The position numbers were made by a program, and so were the translations under genes. A stretch of 63,459 nt of DNA, the filler included, from Craspedostauros australis (lineage: Eukaryota): assembly GCA_030167865.1 (NCBI GenBank). It is 15 parts of 15 records of this genome, joined end to end, with 100 filler letters (N's around TTAATTAATTAA, not from the genome) between each part and the next. Parts side by side here need not be neighbours in the genome. Positions count along the whole stretch, not along the records: positions 29,973 to 32,534 come from JALAGF010003536.1; positions 32,635 to 34,859 come from JALAGF010003537.1; positions 34,960 to 39,170 come from JALAGF010003538.1; positions 39,271 to 46,788 come from JALAGF010003539.1; 11 more parts are not named here. One strand, 5' to 3'. The notes beneath the pieces were generated by a model that did not search any database, was not told the origin of the DNA, and saw only the letters and a program-made list of their open reading frames with translations. This document shows positions 29,999 through 42,531 of this stretch, piece after piece (position 1 is the stretch's first letter; each line of letters begins with the position of its first letter).

Positions 29999-31286
29999 AT
30001 GGACAGCTCCCCGCCTCCCAAGGCTCCATCTATCGCCCCGTCGGAGACCAACAGCGACAGCGAGGCCACGCCAAGTGGAACGACTGGCACACCAGCAACC
30101 TTCGTCTTCCCACCATCAGTGTTGGGCAAGGATGAGAAACTCCCACCTGGTTTCGAGCGCTGTACTTACAGGTTCACTGTGGCACAACCTCCAGCCAACG
30201 TTGGCGCTGGCTCAGACGCGCGGAATGGCGACGACGCCGATGCGATGGCCGACTCTGGGAAGCCTCGTGCTTCACCATCTGTCACCCATCAGCCTCCGGC
30301 AGAGCCATCGCCACTGAGCAACAGCAACAGCAGCAGGAGCAACAACAACAACAAGAAGAAGCGGGCGTACCGTCGCAAGAAGGCACCTGCACCTTCTTCC
30401 GCATCATCTGCGGTGGCGACAGCCAGTGATGGCAACCTGCCAACCTCCGCCAGCGATTCTGCCCCCATCATCCGCAACCCCAGACGAAAATCATTCCCTC
30501 CCATGTACTACGATCTGAAGGGGAAGGTTGATTACTTCCCATGGCTGGTGAGCCCCCAGCCATGTGACCGAATCCTCATCGACGTCATCGCCAGGGCTCC
30601 GAAAAAGCCTTGGATAGCTCCATACGGAGTTGCATGGAGTGAGATCTGCAATGCGGTACATTACGAGAATTCGACGGTCTTCCCCACGGTCCCAACCGAG
30701 AAATCTCTCAAAGGGAGATTCCAGCATCTCATGAAGTTCACAGCTCAGTTCAACCACTCCCATCCTTGCAGGAGCGGCATGGCTGAGAGTGTGAAGTTGT
30801 GGCTCGACGAACTCACTGAAATCCAACAGGATCGTGAAGAGTACATGGTCGATGCCATCGCATCCTCCCGAAAAACTTTGGGGCGCAAGAGGATTTCCAC
30901 AAGACAGGAGCAATGTATGCTCGGACGGCGCCCTCCTCGAGTGCAGTCAAAAGCTGGGGTAGCGAGAATGGCGCGGCGACAGAATGCGGCGGCGAGCAAC
31001 AGTGACGACGCAACCTCAAGTTCGTCTTCTGTGGAGGTGGTAGCTTCCTCTGTGGAGGTGGTAGCTTCCCCGAAGCGGGGCCCAACCGCCCAGCAGCAGA
31101 TTCAGCACACAGCCAGTCTCCTGGAGAAGCTGGACGAAACCCAACGTCAGTTTCAAGCATGGCTCGCCACAGCCACGCCTCCAAGCCATGCAAAACGCAA
31201 GACAAGATTCTCCGATTGCTGCATCGCTCGCCACTTCTCCGACCCCTCCAACTGTGGGAGCAGCAGCTTCCACTGATGGCAACACC

Positions 31287-31318
<32 letters not shown>

Positions 31319-31598
31319 CAACAACAACCTCCTCCAGCTCGTGTTGAATCAGCACCAAATGATGGTCAACATGAACCGCCATCTGGAGGAGAATAGAAAG
31401 CGGACGCAGCAAGAGACCTCGGAGTTGCGCGAGTGCCAAATGAAGCTCTCGTCTGACGTCAGGTCTCTCGTCCTCGCCCTATCTGGAGCTCAACGCACCA
31501 CCACCACCACCAACAGCAACAACAACAACAACAATAACGACGACAACGACGAAGAGAACAGCAGCAGCCGCAATGACGACAATGGTGCGGGAAAATGA
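29999..31598 (+). CDS. Harbinger/PIF ORF1, Myb/SANT-trihelix-like DNA-binding protein, frameshifted near 31178
   Basis: DRILIDVI..KPW....WSEICNAV...SLKGRFQHLM..RSG is Myb-like. A coiled-coil/poly-N tail continues in the +1 frame (31188-31598). The ORF is convergent with a Harbinger nuclease. Confidence 0.72.
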
Positions 31599-32035
31599 TA
31601 CTCACCCATCCTTTCCTCTCTGCATTTCCACATTTCATGCCTTCTTTCCCGCAACCCCTCACATTTCGCAACACATCGACCAACCCATTCGCCGTGACAT
31701 TCGTCGATCCAATTCGACGATCCATCCTTCAATGCGGGCATCCATCCATTCATTCCATCCATTCATTCCTCTCTCCGCGCAAGAGACACTCCACCAAGGC
31801 ATATCAATCAATGCCAAGTAGAGAAGCCGACGCGCTGAATCCCTGGTGCGCACAGCCGCATGCTTCCTTCCGCGCCCACACCCATTCCATCAGAAAAAGC
31901 ATTCCCAGCATTCGCCGATCGTACGCAGCACCGCACACACAACACAAGCGCTCACGCGCCACGAGTGCAACATAATGATTAGTCCAATACGTACTACATG
32001 TATGTGTACCTCATTAATTCTAACTGTTTGCATGA

Positions 32036-32534
32036 TCATGGGATGAGACCGATGTATTCTTCGAATGTCAGCTTGTGCAATTGGTACCGTGCAGACTGCT
32101 GATTGCCATTCATGGTACAATGGATGTTGGCGAGGAACGCAGCAACAAAATGAATGTGTGTGAGAGGATTGAGCAGTGTTTTGTTGGCGTTGCGAACGCT
32201 GACGAGGGGGAAATTCTTCGTGATCTCCTTGAATGCCCACTCAACACAGATGCGTCCCGACGCCATGTCCTTGTTGCACTGCGCCTCAGAGGACCCTGGA
32301 ACAGTGTGTTTGTATGCAGCGAATATGTATGGTGTAGTAGGATATGCTGGATCACCGTAGAGACGATATGGAGGATTGTTCTCATCCAACGGCATGAGAG
32401 CCTCCAGTCGCTGTTCGATTTGGCTTTGCTGGAACATGTACCCGTCACCACGAGCACCTGCAATCGGCCCAAAGTAGTGAATGAGCAACCCATCTGGCGC
32501 AACGATTCCTTGATAGTGCAGCCCATGACCGCGT
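32036..32534 (-). mobile_element. Harbinger/PIF DDE transposase (HARBI1/DDE_Tnp_4-like), C-terminal part, 5'-truncated by a linker
   Basis: HGLHYQGIVAPDGL..GP..GARGD, LYGDPAYP, NKDMASGRICVEWAF and NIHCTMNGNQ. Confidence 0.9.
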
Positions 32535-32634
32535 NNNNNNNNNNNNNNNNNNNNNNNNNNNNNNNNNNNNNNNNNNNNTTAATTAATTAANNNNNNNNNN
32601 NNNNNNNNNNNNNNNNNNNNNNNNNNNNNNNNNN

Positions 32635-34372
32635 AGCCATGCTTGAAACTGACGTTGGGTTTCGTCCAGCTTCTCCAGGAGACTGGCTGTGTGCTGAATC
32701 TGCTGCTGGGCGGTTGGGCCCCGCTTCGGGGAAGCTACCACCTCCACAGAGGAAGCTACCACCTCCACAGAAGACGAACTTGAGGTTGCGTCGTCACTGT
32801 TGCTCGCCGCCGCATTCTGTCGCCGCGCCATTCTCGCTACCCCAGCTTTTGACTGCACTCGAGGAGGGCGCCGTCCGAGCATACATTGCTCCTGTCTTGT
32901 GGAAATCCTCTTGCGCCCCAAAGTTTTTCGGGAGGATGCGATGGCATCGACCATGTACTCTTCACGATCCTGTTGGATTTCAGTGAGTTCGTCGAGCCAC
33001 AACTTCACACTCTCAGCCATGCCGCTCCTGCAAGGATGGGAGTGGTTGAACTGAGCTGTGAACTTCATGAGATGCTGGAATCTCCCTTTGAGAGATTTCT
33101 CGGTTGGGACCGTGGGGAAGACCGTCGAATTCTCGTAATGTACCGCATTGCAGATCTCACTCCATGCAACTCCGTATGGAGCTATCCAAGGCTTTTTCGG
33201 AGCCCTGGCGATGACGTCGATGAGGATTCGGTCACATGGCTGGGGGCTCACCAGCCATGGGAAGTAATCAACCTTCCCCTTCAGATCGTAGTACATGGGA
33301 GGGAATGATTTTCGTCTGGGGTTGCGGATGATGGGGGCAGAATCGCTGGCGGAGGTTGGCAGGTTGCCATCACTGGCTGTCGCCACCGCAGATGATGCGG
33401 AAGAAGGTGCAGGTGCCTTCTTGCGACGGTACGCCCGCTTCTTCTTGTTGTTGTTGTTGCTCCTGCTGCTGTTGCTGTTGCTCAGTGGCGATGGCTCTGC
33501 CGGAGGCTGATGGGTGACAGATGGTGAAGCACGAGGCTTCCCAGAGTCGGCCATCGCATCGGCGTCGTCGCCATTCCGCGCGTCTGAGCCAGCGCCAACG
33601 TTGGCTGGAGGTTGTGCCACAGTGAACCTGTAAGTACAGCGCTCGAAACCAGGTGGGAGTTTCTCATCCTTGCCCAACACTGATGGTGGGAAGACGAAGG
33701 TTGCTGGTGTGCCAGTCGTTCCACTTGGCGTGGCCTCGCTGTCGCTGTTGGTCTCCGACGGGGCGATAGATGGAGCCTTGGGAGGCGGGGAGCTGTCCAT
33801 GATGAATAGCAGGAAGAAGACTATGCGTCAGAAATGACACGTGCAGTGGTCTGTGGCCGTGATCTCAAGAACTCGTGCAAGGTGTTGGTCGAAGTGGAGC
33901 ATCGAGGTATAGTCATAAGGTGGGTTGTGATGGATGGTTGTCTTGAGATGAGAGAATCGAGATGAGAGAATCGAGCGATGGCGATGTGATGGTGATGTGA
34001 TGGCGATGTGATGGATGATGTTTTTCTCTTTGTTGTTCCAAAACGAACGCAAAAGTCTACGATGGCGGCAAACGTAGACGGGTGTGGAGGACAAGAAGGA
34101 CTAAACTAGAACAAAATAACACAACATGATTGGCCAAAGTCAATATTCCCTGTGGAAGTGATACTTTTGCCGGGACTCTCTCGATGGAAGTGATTTCCAT
34201 TTCTGCTGCACAAATGGAAATCACTTCCATCGAGCGAGGGGGTGATTTTCTCGCCACCCCCGGAAAAATGTCTCTATCAGGTTATGACTCCCTCGCGGGA
34301 CTCTCTCGATGAAATGCGAGACCTCTCTATTAGAGAGGTTTCGCATTGTTGCGATTTCCATCGAGAGGCCCC
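32635..34372 (-). mobile_element. Left arm of the Harbinger element: inverted copy of ORF1 (33800-32635) plus promoter, subterminal hairpins and probable TIR
   Basis: 32635-33826 is the reverse complement of 29973-31164. The minus-strand end reads GGGGCCTCTCGATGGAAAT (34372 downward) with CAG outside it. Confidence 0.75.
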
Positions 34373-34727
34373 CAGGCGCCATGTCACATGCGACATGGTG
34401 CCAACAAGAGTTCTCAAGAATTTCTGGTTCTTGGAAGGACTGAAAGTAGTCCATCTAGTCACACATCAGATTCCACTTTGATTAGAATCTAGACATTTTA
34501 GACCTGGAAGTCTTTGGCGGACAATAAATGGAGATTTTGGCAAAGTAATATTGTAATGGCTGATGTTATCCTCTAATTTGATGATAGCATGGATATGTTT
34601 GTCAAATCTGTTGTGAGCTACGACAATACTAGTACTAGATTGTTTTCGAAGCAAGAAATCGACTAGAGAATAATGCGTTTGTAGACATCAATATCAGTTC
34701 TCTGATTGGATGAATGTATATCTCCGC

Positions 34728-34859
34728 GTGGAAGTGATACTTTTGCCGGGACTCTCCCGATGGAAATGACACTCTCTCGATGGAAATGATTTCCATTCGT
34801 GCAGCACGAATGGAAATCACTTCCATCGAGCGAGGGGGTGATTTTCTCGCCACCCCCAG
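34728..34859. repeat. Second copy of the Harbinger subterminal palindromic array
   Basis: Direct repeat of about 34152-34261, with one extra CTCTC-CGATGGAAATGA unit. Confidence 0.85.
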
Positions 34860-34959
34860 NNNNNNNNNNNNNNNNNNNNNNNNNNNNNNNNNNNNNNNNN
34901 NNNTTAATTAATTAANNNNNNNNNNNNNNNNNNNNNNNNNNNNNNNNNNNNNNNNNNNN

Positions 34960-37588
34960 AGTTCTCGATCGATGTCTACCCAACGAGAGAATTCGAGGAC
35001 TCTTTCTATACAAACAGGCCCATCACGTACACAATCGGTGCTGTGGTGATCTTCATTGCCACTTCGCTTGTGTTCATCATGTACGACTGCATCGTGCAAA
35101 TGCGACAGAAGAAGGTCCTCACCTCCGCCCGAAAGACCGACGCCATTGTCAGTTCGCTGTTCCCAGAAGGGGTGCGAGACCGACTGATGGAGGAGGCCAA
35201 CGAAGAAAACCATGCAGCAGCTGCGTCGAAGAATCCATTCGGAATTAGATCGCATTTGGCACACAAGCCCAATCCCCTTGGCACCGACAGTTTCCACCGG
35301 CCGAATTCGAAGCCGATTGCTGATCTGGTAAGTTCGTCGAATGTTGCAGGATGTGAACAGTGCATCGTATTGTGAATCATATTCGAGTGTGTATGCGTAC
35401 GAGTATGGGCGTGTAATGCTATGCATCATCAGACTCACACTAAACGTTCAATGACAACGCTGTCCTGTTTCATGAACTTTGCCCCAACACGGCTCTGCGT
35501 CTATCTCATCTCCGCATGGTTCGCACCTGCGCCCTCACCGCTTATTGCCATCTGTGCACACTTCTCCAGTTCCCCAACGTCACCGTCCTCTTCGCCGACA
35601 TCGTTGGGTTCACTGCGTGGTCAAGCGTGCGAGAACCAACCCAAGTATTCACCTTGCTGGAACACATCTACGGAAGCTTCGATGCCATCGCCAAGCGACG
35701 TGGAATCTTCAAAGTCGAGACCATCGGCGATTGCTACGTGGCAGCCTCGGGACTTCCCAAACCACGAAAGGATCATGCCAAGGCCATGGTCCTCTTTGCT
35801 CGCGATTGCCTCGAAGAGATGAACCTCGCGGTTCACAAGCTCGAAGTCGTCCTTGGACCAGAAACTGCGGAGCTGGCCATGAGAATCGGCTTGCATTCCG
35901 GCCCCGTCACCGCTGGTGTTCTCCGAGGTGAAAAGTCTCGATTCCAGTTGTTTGGTGACACAGTCAACACCGCCAGTCGGATTGAGACATCCGGCATGTC
36001 AAACCGTATCCACATATCCACGGATACAGCCAATGAGCTCATTCAGGCTGGCAAAGGCATTTGGGTGAAGCCACGAAAAGAGATGATGACCCTCAAGGGC
36101 AAGGGCGAGGTGCAAACATACTTTGTCGACATATCTCAGATTGATGGTTCGATGCTGGGATCCAGCAAGTATGAAGGCTCCTCAGATGGCGATGCTAACA
36201 TCAACACCCGCAACAGCAACGCCAGTGGCAGCAGCAACAAGATCCCAAGCCTGTCGCAACACGCGGGAGAACAGGAAGGATGCTTAGAATCACGGTCGAG
36301 GCACACCGAAAGTCGCAAACAACAGCGTCTCATCGATTGGAACGCCGAGGTGCTGCAAGGTCTGCTCAAGCAGGTGGTCGCAGTCAGAAAGCCCGATGCA
36401 ACTGGAACAACAACGGCACTTCCTGTCGAAGAATCACATGATGCCAAACGAGAACAGACGAGCACTCTCGATGAATTCACCGAGATCATCAAGCTGCCAG
36501 ATGCTGCCGCCGTGTTCCAATGCGATCCTGCCAACATCGAGCTGAGCCCCAACGTCGTTCGCCAGCTCCAGGACTACGTTGCACAGATCGCAAGGATGTA
36601 CAAGCCCAATCCCTTCCATTCGTTCGAGCATGCATCCCACGTCGTCCAGTCCGTCAACAAGCTCATGGCACGTGTTGTGACGCCATCCGACTCCATTGAC
36701 TATACCGAGCTCGCCTACAAGCCAGCACAGAACACGAGCGCCAACATGCACAAGTTCACATACGGCATCACCTCCGATCCTTTGATTCTCTTCGCCTGCG
36801 CCTTCTCCGCCTTGATCCACGACGTTGATCACAGCGGTCTCCCCAACGCCGTCCTGGCCGAGGAGGACCATCCGTTGGCGCAGATGTACAGGAACAAGAG
36901 CATCGCAGAGCAGAACTCCGTCGATCTGGCATGGAAGCTGCTGCAGCTCCCCAAGTACAACGACTTCCGCAGATGCATCTACCAGACACAGGACGAACTG
37001 AGGCGATTCCGCCAGCTCGTGGTCAACGCCGTCATGGCGACGGACATCATGGACAAGGACCTCAACATGCTGCGCAAGAAGCGCTGGGACAGAGCCTTCG
37101 AATCCAGCACCGGTGATGAAGCAGACACCAAGGAAGATAGCGACCGCAAGGCCACGATCGTGATCGAGCATCTCATCCAGGCATCCGACGTGGCTCACAC
37201 CATGCAGCACTGGCATGTCTACCTCAAATGGAACGAGCGATTGTTCCATGAGATGTATCGGGGATACAAGGAGGGACGCAACAAGGCCGATCCTTCCGTC
37301 GGCTGGTACGAAGGTGAGCTGTCATTCTTCGATCACTACCTCATTCCTCTGGCCAAGAAGCTGTCCACTTGTGGCGTATTCGGCGTGGCCTCCGATGAGT
37401 ACTTGAACTACGCTACGGCCAACCGACAGGAATGGGAACGCAAGGGGCGTGACATCGTCGCGGGGTACTTGAAGAAGGTGAACGCCAAGACATCCACCAG
37501 CCCATTGGGCGGTGGCGGTGGCGAAGACAGCGTTGGTAGTACCGACATGAACAGCAGCGGCGCGGACTCTTTGAGCTCAGGATCGTGA
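34960..37588 (+). CDS. Membrane guanylate/adenylate cyclase-phosphodiesterase fusion, 5'-partial, copy 1
   Basis: Exons 34960-35327 and 35570-37588 (KPIADL|FPNVTVLFADIVGFT). TM YTIGAVVIFIATSLVFIMYD. Class III cyclase motifs KVETIGDCY and RFQLFGDTVNTASRIE. PDE motifs FHSFEHASHV, IHDVDHSG and IQASDVAH. Confidence 0.93.
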
Positions 37589-38979
37589 TTCCTTTGCCGG
37601 AGGGTATGGATTGAACACCTTTGGCTGTCTCCGATAGCATCCATGGGTACAAGTCGGGCGTTGCAGAGAGATGGCTGGGTCGGTAGAATACTACACCAAC
37701 ATCGTACGTTAACCAATGTAAATAAGCCGATTTAAATAAACCAAAAATCGAAACAAAGAGTCCAGCCGATGTTGGTGCCGATGTCGATAGGGATGAGAAT
37801 CGCAGGAGCGGAATCAATCAGAGTACTATTATCGTACAAGCGTAGCGCTCCGAATGGCGTTTGCATCAAGGTGACAGCGATCTACATTCGATGGCGAAGC
37901 CAGAAAACGAAACTCACTTTTTTCATTCAAAAAGTCGGATACTCTAGTCTGGCTTAGTATACACCCCCAAAACTAGACATGGCTCAACTCTCATCTATCA
38001 CAGCCAAACATCTACTCGTGCGCTGTGAACATTGATCATCTTGGAAGAAAGCATTATCACCAACGAGTAGAGGTAGCTCTATTCATTCTTTTCTTGTTGA
38101 CGGCTTGTCTGTACGTGCGTGGAACAGCTGGCAAAGAGTCGAGTGTTGGGATGGAGTTGTTTGTTTGTTTGTTTATGGAGTTGTTTGTTTGTTTGTTTCT
38201 GTCTGTCTGTTTGCGTTCCAATCTGTGTTTGCGTCTATTTGTGCTTGTGTATGTACGTGTCCGTGTGTCTGATTGGCTGTGTTCATACAGAACGAACCAG
38301 TACTCTCTCGAGAGTATCACAATGGGGATCTTTATGAACACGACATGTGCACGCGCTATCAGTTTTTGTTGGGTCGCGCGGAGGCAATTACGTGACCTGT
38401 GACTCGTGCCAAACAAAGCAAATTCGCCGTACGCATCGATCGTAGACAGGACCTTTTGTCTGTCGAAGAAGTTGTTTTATATAGTACGACCATGAACTAT
38501 CACCATCATTGCCGCTTCACTATTGATATTTTGTCATGCCAGTCACTATTCTTGCTTCGATCTTGAAGGCAGTACTAGCAACCCGACATCTAATTAGGCC
38601 GGTGTTGTGAACCAGACATATCCATCGCCACAGGCACTACATAAGTGACTTCTGCATTCCGGACAGCGAATGTACCTCACAGCAGAGACGAGACTGGAGC
38701 TGAAAGAAACTTTGTGGTCGTGTTGGATGCCTGTCTCACAAAAGAAGTGTGAACATGCCACCGGTCGTTCACGTTTTCTGTGTTGGTTTGTTGTCATCAG
38801 TGAAATGCGAGCACAACATGTCGGCCTTGGCCCGCGACCTGCTTCCGCAGACAGAGATGTTTCCGAGCAGAGTCGTCTCCTCCATCCCGTGTCGATGCTG
38901 TCACCAAAAATAGGAAGGAGGCGCAGAAATCCAAAAGTGGTTCGAATTCCGCACTGGCCAAGAAGGCTTCACTCCCAAT

Positions 38980-39170
38980 AGTTGAGATTCAATGAGGGAC
39001 AGACTAGTACCGAACACGGTATCAACCCGATGGGAGAAATTCCTGTTTTGGCGCGAAATCTTCCGACTTGATTGACCACCAAACCTTTTTCTCCTCCTTT
39101 CTCTCCTCCATTCACGAATCCATCATGACTCAAACCTGACCGACCTGACTCACACCCCACCTGGGAACTA
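38980..39170. repeat. Dispersed repeat B, copy 2
   Basis: Matches 9147-9338 and runs into a linker. Confidence 0.85.
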
Positions 39171-39270
39171 NNNNNNNNNNNNNNNNNNNNNNNNNNNNNN
39201 NNNNNNNNNNNNNNTTAATTAATTAANNNNNNNNNNNNNNNNNNNNNNNNNNNNNNNNNNNNNNNNNNNN

Positions 39271-41914
39271 AGTTCTCGATCGATGTCTACCCAACGAGAG
39301 AATTCGAGGACTCTTTCTATACAAACAGGCCCATCACGTACACAATCGGTGCTGTGGTGATCTTCATTGCCACTTCGCTTGTGTTCATCATGTACGACTG
39401 CATCGTGCAAATGCGACAGAAGAAGGTCCTCACCTCCGCCCGAAAGACCGACGCCATTGTCAGTTCGCTGTTCCCAGAAGGGGTGCGAGACCGACTGATG
39501 GAGGAGGCCAACGAAGAAAACCATGCAGCAGCTGCGTCGAAGAATCCATTCGGAATTAGATCGCATTTGGCACACAAGCCCAATCCCCTTGGCACCGACA
39601 GTTTCCACCGGCCGAATTCGAAGCCGATTGCTGATCTGGTAAGTTCGTCGAATGTTGCAGGATGTGAACAGTGCATCGTATTGTGAATCATATTCGAGTG
39701 TGTATGCGTACGAGTATGGGCGTGTAATGCTATGCATCATCAGACTCACACTAAACGTTCAATGACAACGCTGTCCTGTTTCATGAACTTTGCCCCAACA
39801 CGGCTCTGCGTCTATCTCATCTCCGCATGGTTCGCACCTGCGCCCTCACCGCTTATTGCCATCTGTGCACACTTCTCCAGTTCCCCAACGTCACCGTCCT
39901 CTTCGCCGACATCGTTGGGTTCACTGCGTGGTCAAGCGTGCGAGAACCAACCCAAGTATTCACCTTGCTGGAACACATCTACGGAAGCTTCGATGCCATC
40001 GCCAAGCGACGTGGAATCTTCAAAGTCGAGACCATCGGCGATTGCTACGTGGCAGCCTCGGGACTTCCCAAACCACGAAAGGATCATGCCAAGGCCATGG
40101 TCCTCTTTGCTCGCGATTGCCTCGAAGAGATGAACCTCGCGGTTCACAAGCTCGAAGTCGTCCTTGGACCAGAAACTGCGGAGCTGGCCATGAGAATCGG
40201 CTTGCATTCCGGCCCCGTCACCGCTGGTGTTCTCCGAGGTGAAAAGTCTCGATTCCAGTTGTTTGGTGACACAGTCAACACCGCCAGTCGGATTGAGACA
40301 TCCGGCATGTCAAACCGTATCCACATATCCACGGATACAGCCAATGAGCTCATTCAGGCTGGCAAAGGCATTTGGGTGAAGCCACGAAAAGAGATGATGA
40401 CCCTCAAGGGCAAGGGCGAGGTGCAAACATACTTTGTCGACATATCTCAGATTGATGGTTCGATGCTGGGATCCAGCAAGTATGAAGGCTCCTCAGATGG
40501 CGATGCTAACATCAACACCCGCAACAGCAACGCCAGTGGCAGCAGCAACAAGATCCCAAGCCTGTCGCAACACGCGGGAGAACAGGAAGGATGCTTAGAA
40601 TCACGGTCGAGGCACACCGAAAGTCGCAAACAACAGCGTCTCATCGATTGGAACGCCGAGGTGCTGCAAGGTCTGCTCAAGCAGGTGGTCGCAGTCAGAA
40701 AGCCCGATGCAACTGGAACAACAACGGCACTTCCTGTCGAAGAATCACATGATGCCAAACGAGAACAGACGAGCACTCTCGATGAATTCACCGAGATCAT
40801 CAAGCTGCCAGATGCTGCCGCCGTGTTCCAATGCGATCCTGCCAACATCGAGCTGAGCCCCAACGTCGTTCGCCAGCTCCAGGACTACGTTGCACAGATC
40901 GCAAGGATGTACAAGCCCAATCCCTTCCATTCGTTCGAGCATGCATCCCACGTCGTCCAGTCCGTCAACAAGCTCATGGCACGTGTTGTGACGCCATCCG
41001 ACTCCATTGACTATACCGAGCTCGCCTACAAGCCAGCACAGAACACGAGCGCCAACATGCACAAGTTCACATACGGCATCACCTCCGATCCTTTGATTCT
41101 CTTCGCCTGCGCCTTCTCCGCCTTGATCCACGACGTTGATCACAGCGGTCTCCCCAACGCCGTCCTGGCCGAGGAGGACCATCCGTTGGCGCAGATGTAC
41201 AGGAACAAGAGCATCGCAGAGCAGAACTCCGTCGATCTGGCATGGAAGCTGCTGCAGCTCCCCAAGTACAACGACTTCCGCAGATGCATCTACCAGACAC
41301 AGGACGAACTGAGGCGATTCCGCCAGCTCGTGGTCAACGCCGTCATGGCGACGGACATCATGGACAAGGACCTCAACATGCTGCGCAAGAAGCGCTGGGA
41401 CAGAGCCTTCGAATCCAGCACCGGTGATGAAGCAGACACCAAGGAAGATAGCGACCGCAAGGCCACGATCGTGATCGAGCATCTCATCCAGGCATCCGAC
41501 GTGGCTCACACCATGCAGCACTGGCATGTCTACCTCAAATGGAACGAGCGATTGTTCCATGAGATGTATCGGGGATACAAGGAGAGACGCAACAAGGCCG
41601 ATCCTTCCGTCGGCTGGTACGAGGGTGAGCTGTCATTCTTCGATCACTACCTCATTCCTCTGGCCAAGAAGCTGTCCACTTGTGGCGTATTCGGCGTAGC
41701 CTCCGATGAGTACTTGACCTACGCTACGGCCAACCGACAGGAATGGGAACGCAAGGGGCGTGACATCGTCGCAGGGTACTTGAAGAAGGTGAACGCCAAG
41801 ACATCCGCCATCCCATTGGCATCTACGGGCGGCGGCGGTGGCGGTGGCGAAGACAGCGTTGGTAGTACCGACATGAACAGCAGCGGCGCGGACTCTTTGA
41901 GCCCAGAATTGTAG
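39271..41914 (+). CDS. Cyclase-phosphodiesterase fusion, 5'-partial, copy 2
   Basis: Exons 39271-39638 and 39881-41914. The translation is identical to copy 1 until nt 41585, then shows a few substitutions, a different C-terminus and an unrelated 3' flank. Confidence 0.93.
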
Positions 41915-42531
41915 CTCCTCTGCTGGAGGGAGCAAGGTGCGGGGCCGTCTGTCTGCGTGGCGCGCCGGATATTTGTGCAACCATAATGAGTACTGTACAA
42001 CGATATCCCTTGTATCATGTAATATATTCTATGAATAAATACTTCCATTGTACATCACACGGCAATCTATGAGACAACAACCGGAACTACAAGCGCATCT
42101 GATCGAAACTGGGGGTATGAGAATCAAGCATACGGAGCAAACTGCTCGTAACAGTGCTTGCACTCAGGAGGCTGTGCTGTTTGCTCCGAGACGACGTTGC
42201 GGACTGCGTCTGAGTTTGGAAATCTTAAAGGATCTACGGTGAATACTTGATGTCACATGTTGTGTTCGGTCCAACCGATCATACGGATGAACAGCTATGG
42301 GAGTCTAGATCATGCCTGACCTGCACCGAGACTTGACTCAAGCGCCAACAAACGCAGAGAGACGAGACGGCATCGGCGAATGGATGTGGCTTGTCTCCTC
42401 CGCCGTTCGTCGCGTCCGAGTGCATGCAACAACTCACATGAGCAGGTCAATAGACTAATAGAATAGTAAATGTGTGTAGCTAATTATAATATGATATAAT
42501 CGATTGGTTTTGTGCAAGGATTGTGGTGTAT

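Noticed and set aside
29973..33826. Large inverted repeat flanking the transposase
   Set aside because: The inverted ORF1 copy is on the next contig across a linker. It is better read as an overlap of the same element.
34195..34820. Compensatory base change in the hairpin as evidence for a structured RNA
   Set aside because: The C-G to T-A difference sits at CpG sites and is explained by deamination. The transposon-end context is sufficient.
38594..38979. CPEC...LCSAC zinc-finger ORF
   Set aside because: It is short, abuts repeat B and has no supportable gene model. At most it is a TE remnant.
34960..41914. Tandem duplication of the cyclase-PDE gene
   Set aside because: The copies are on separate contigs that start at the same base. 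Tandem arrangement and perfect 5' identity cannot be inferred.
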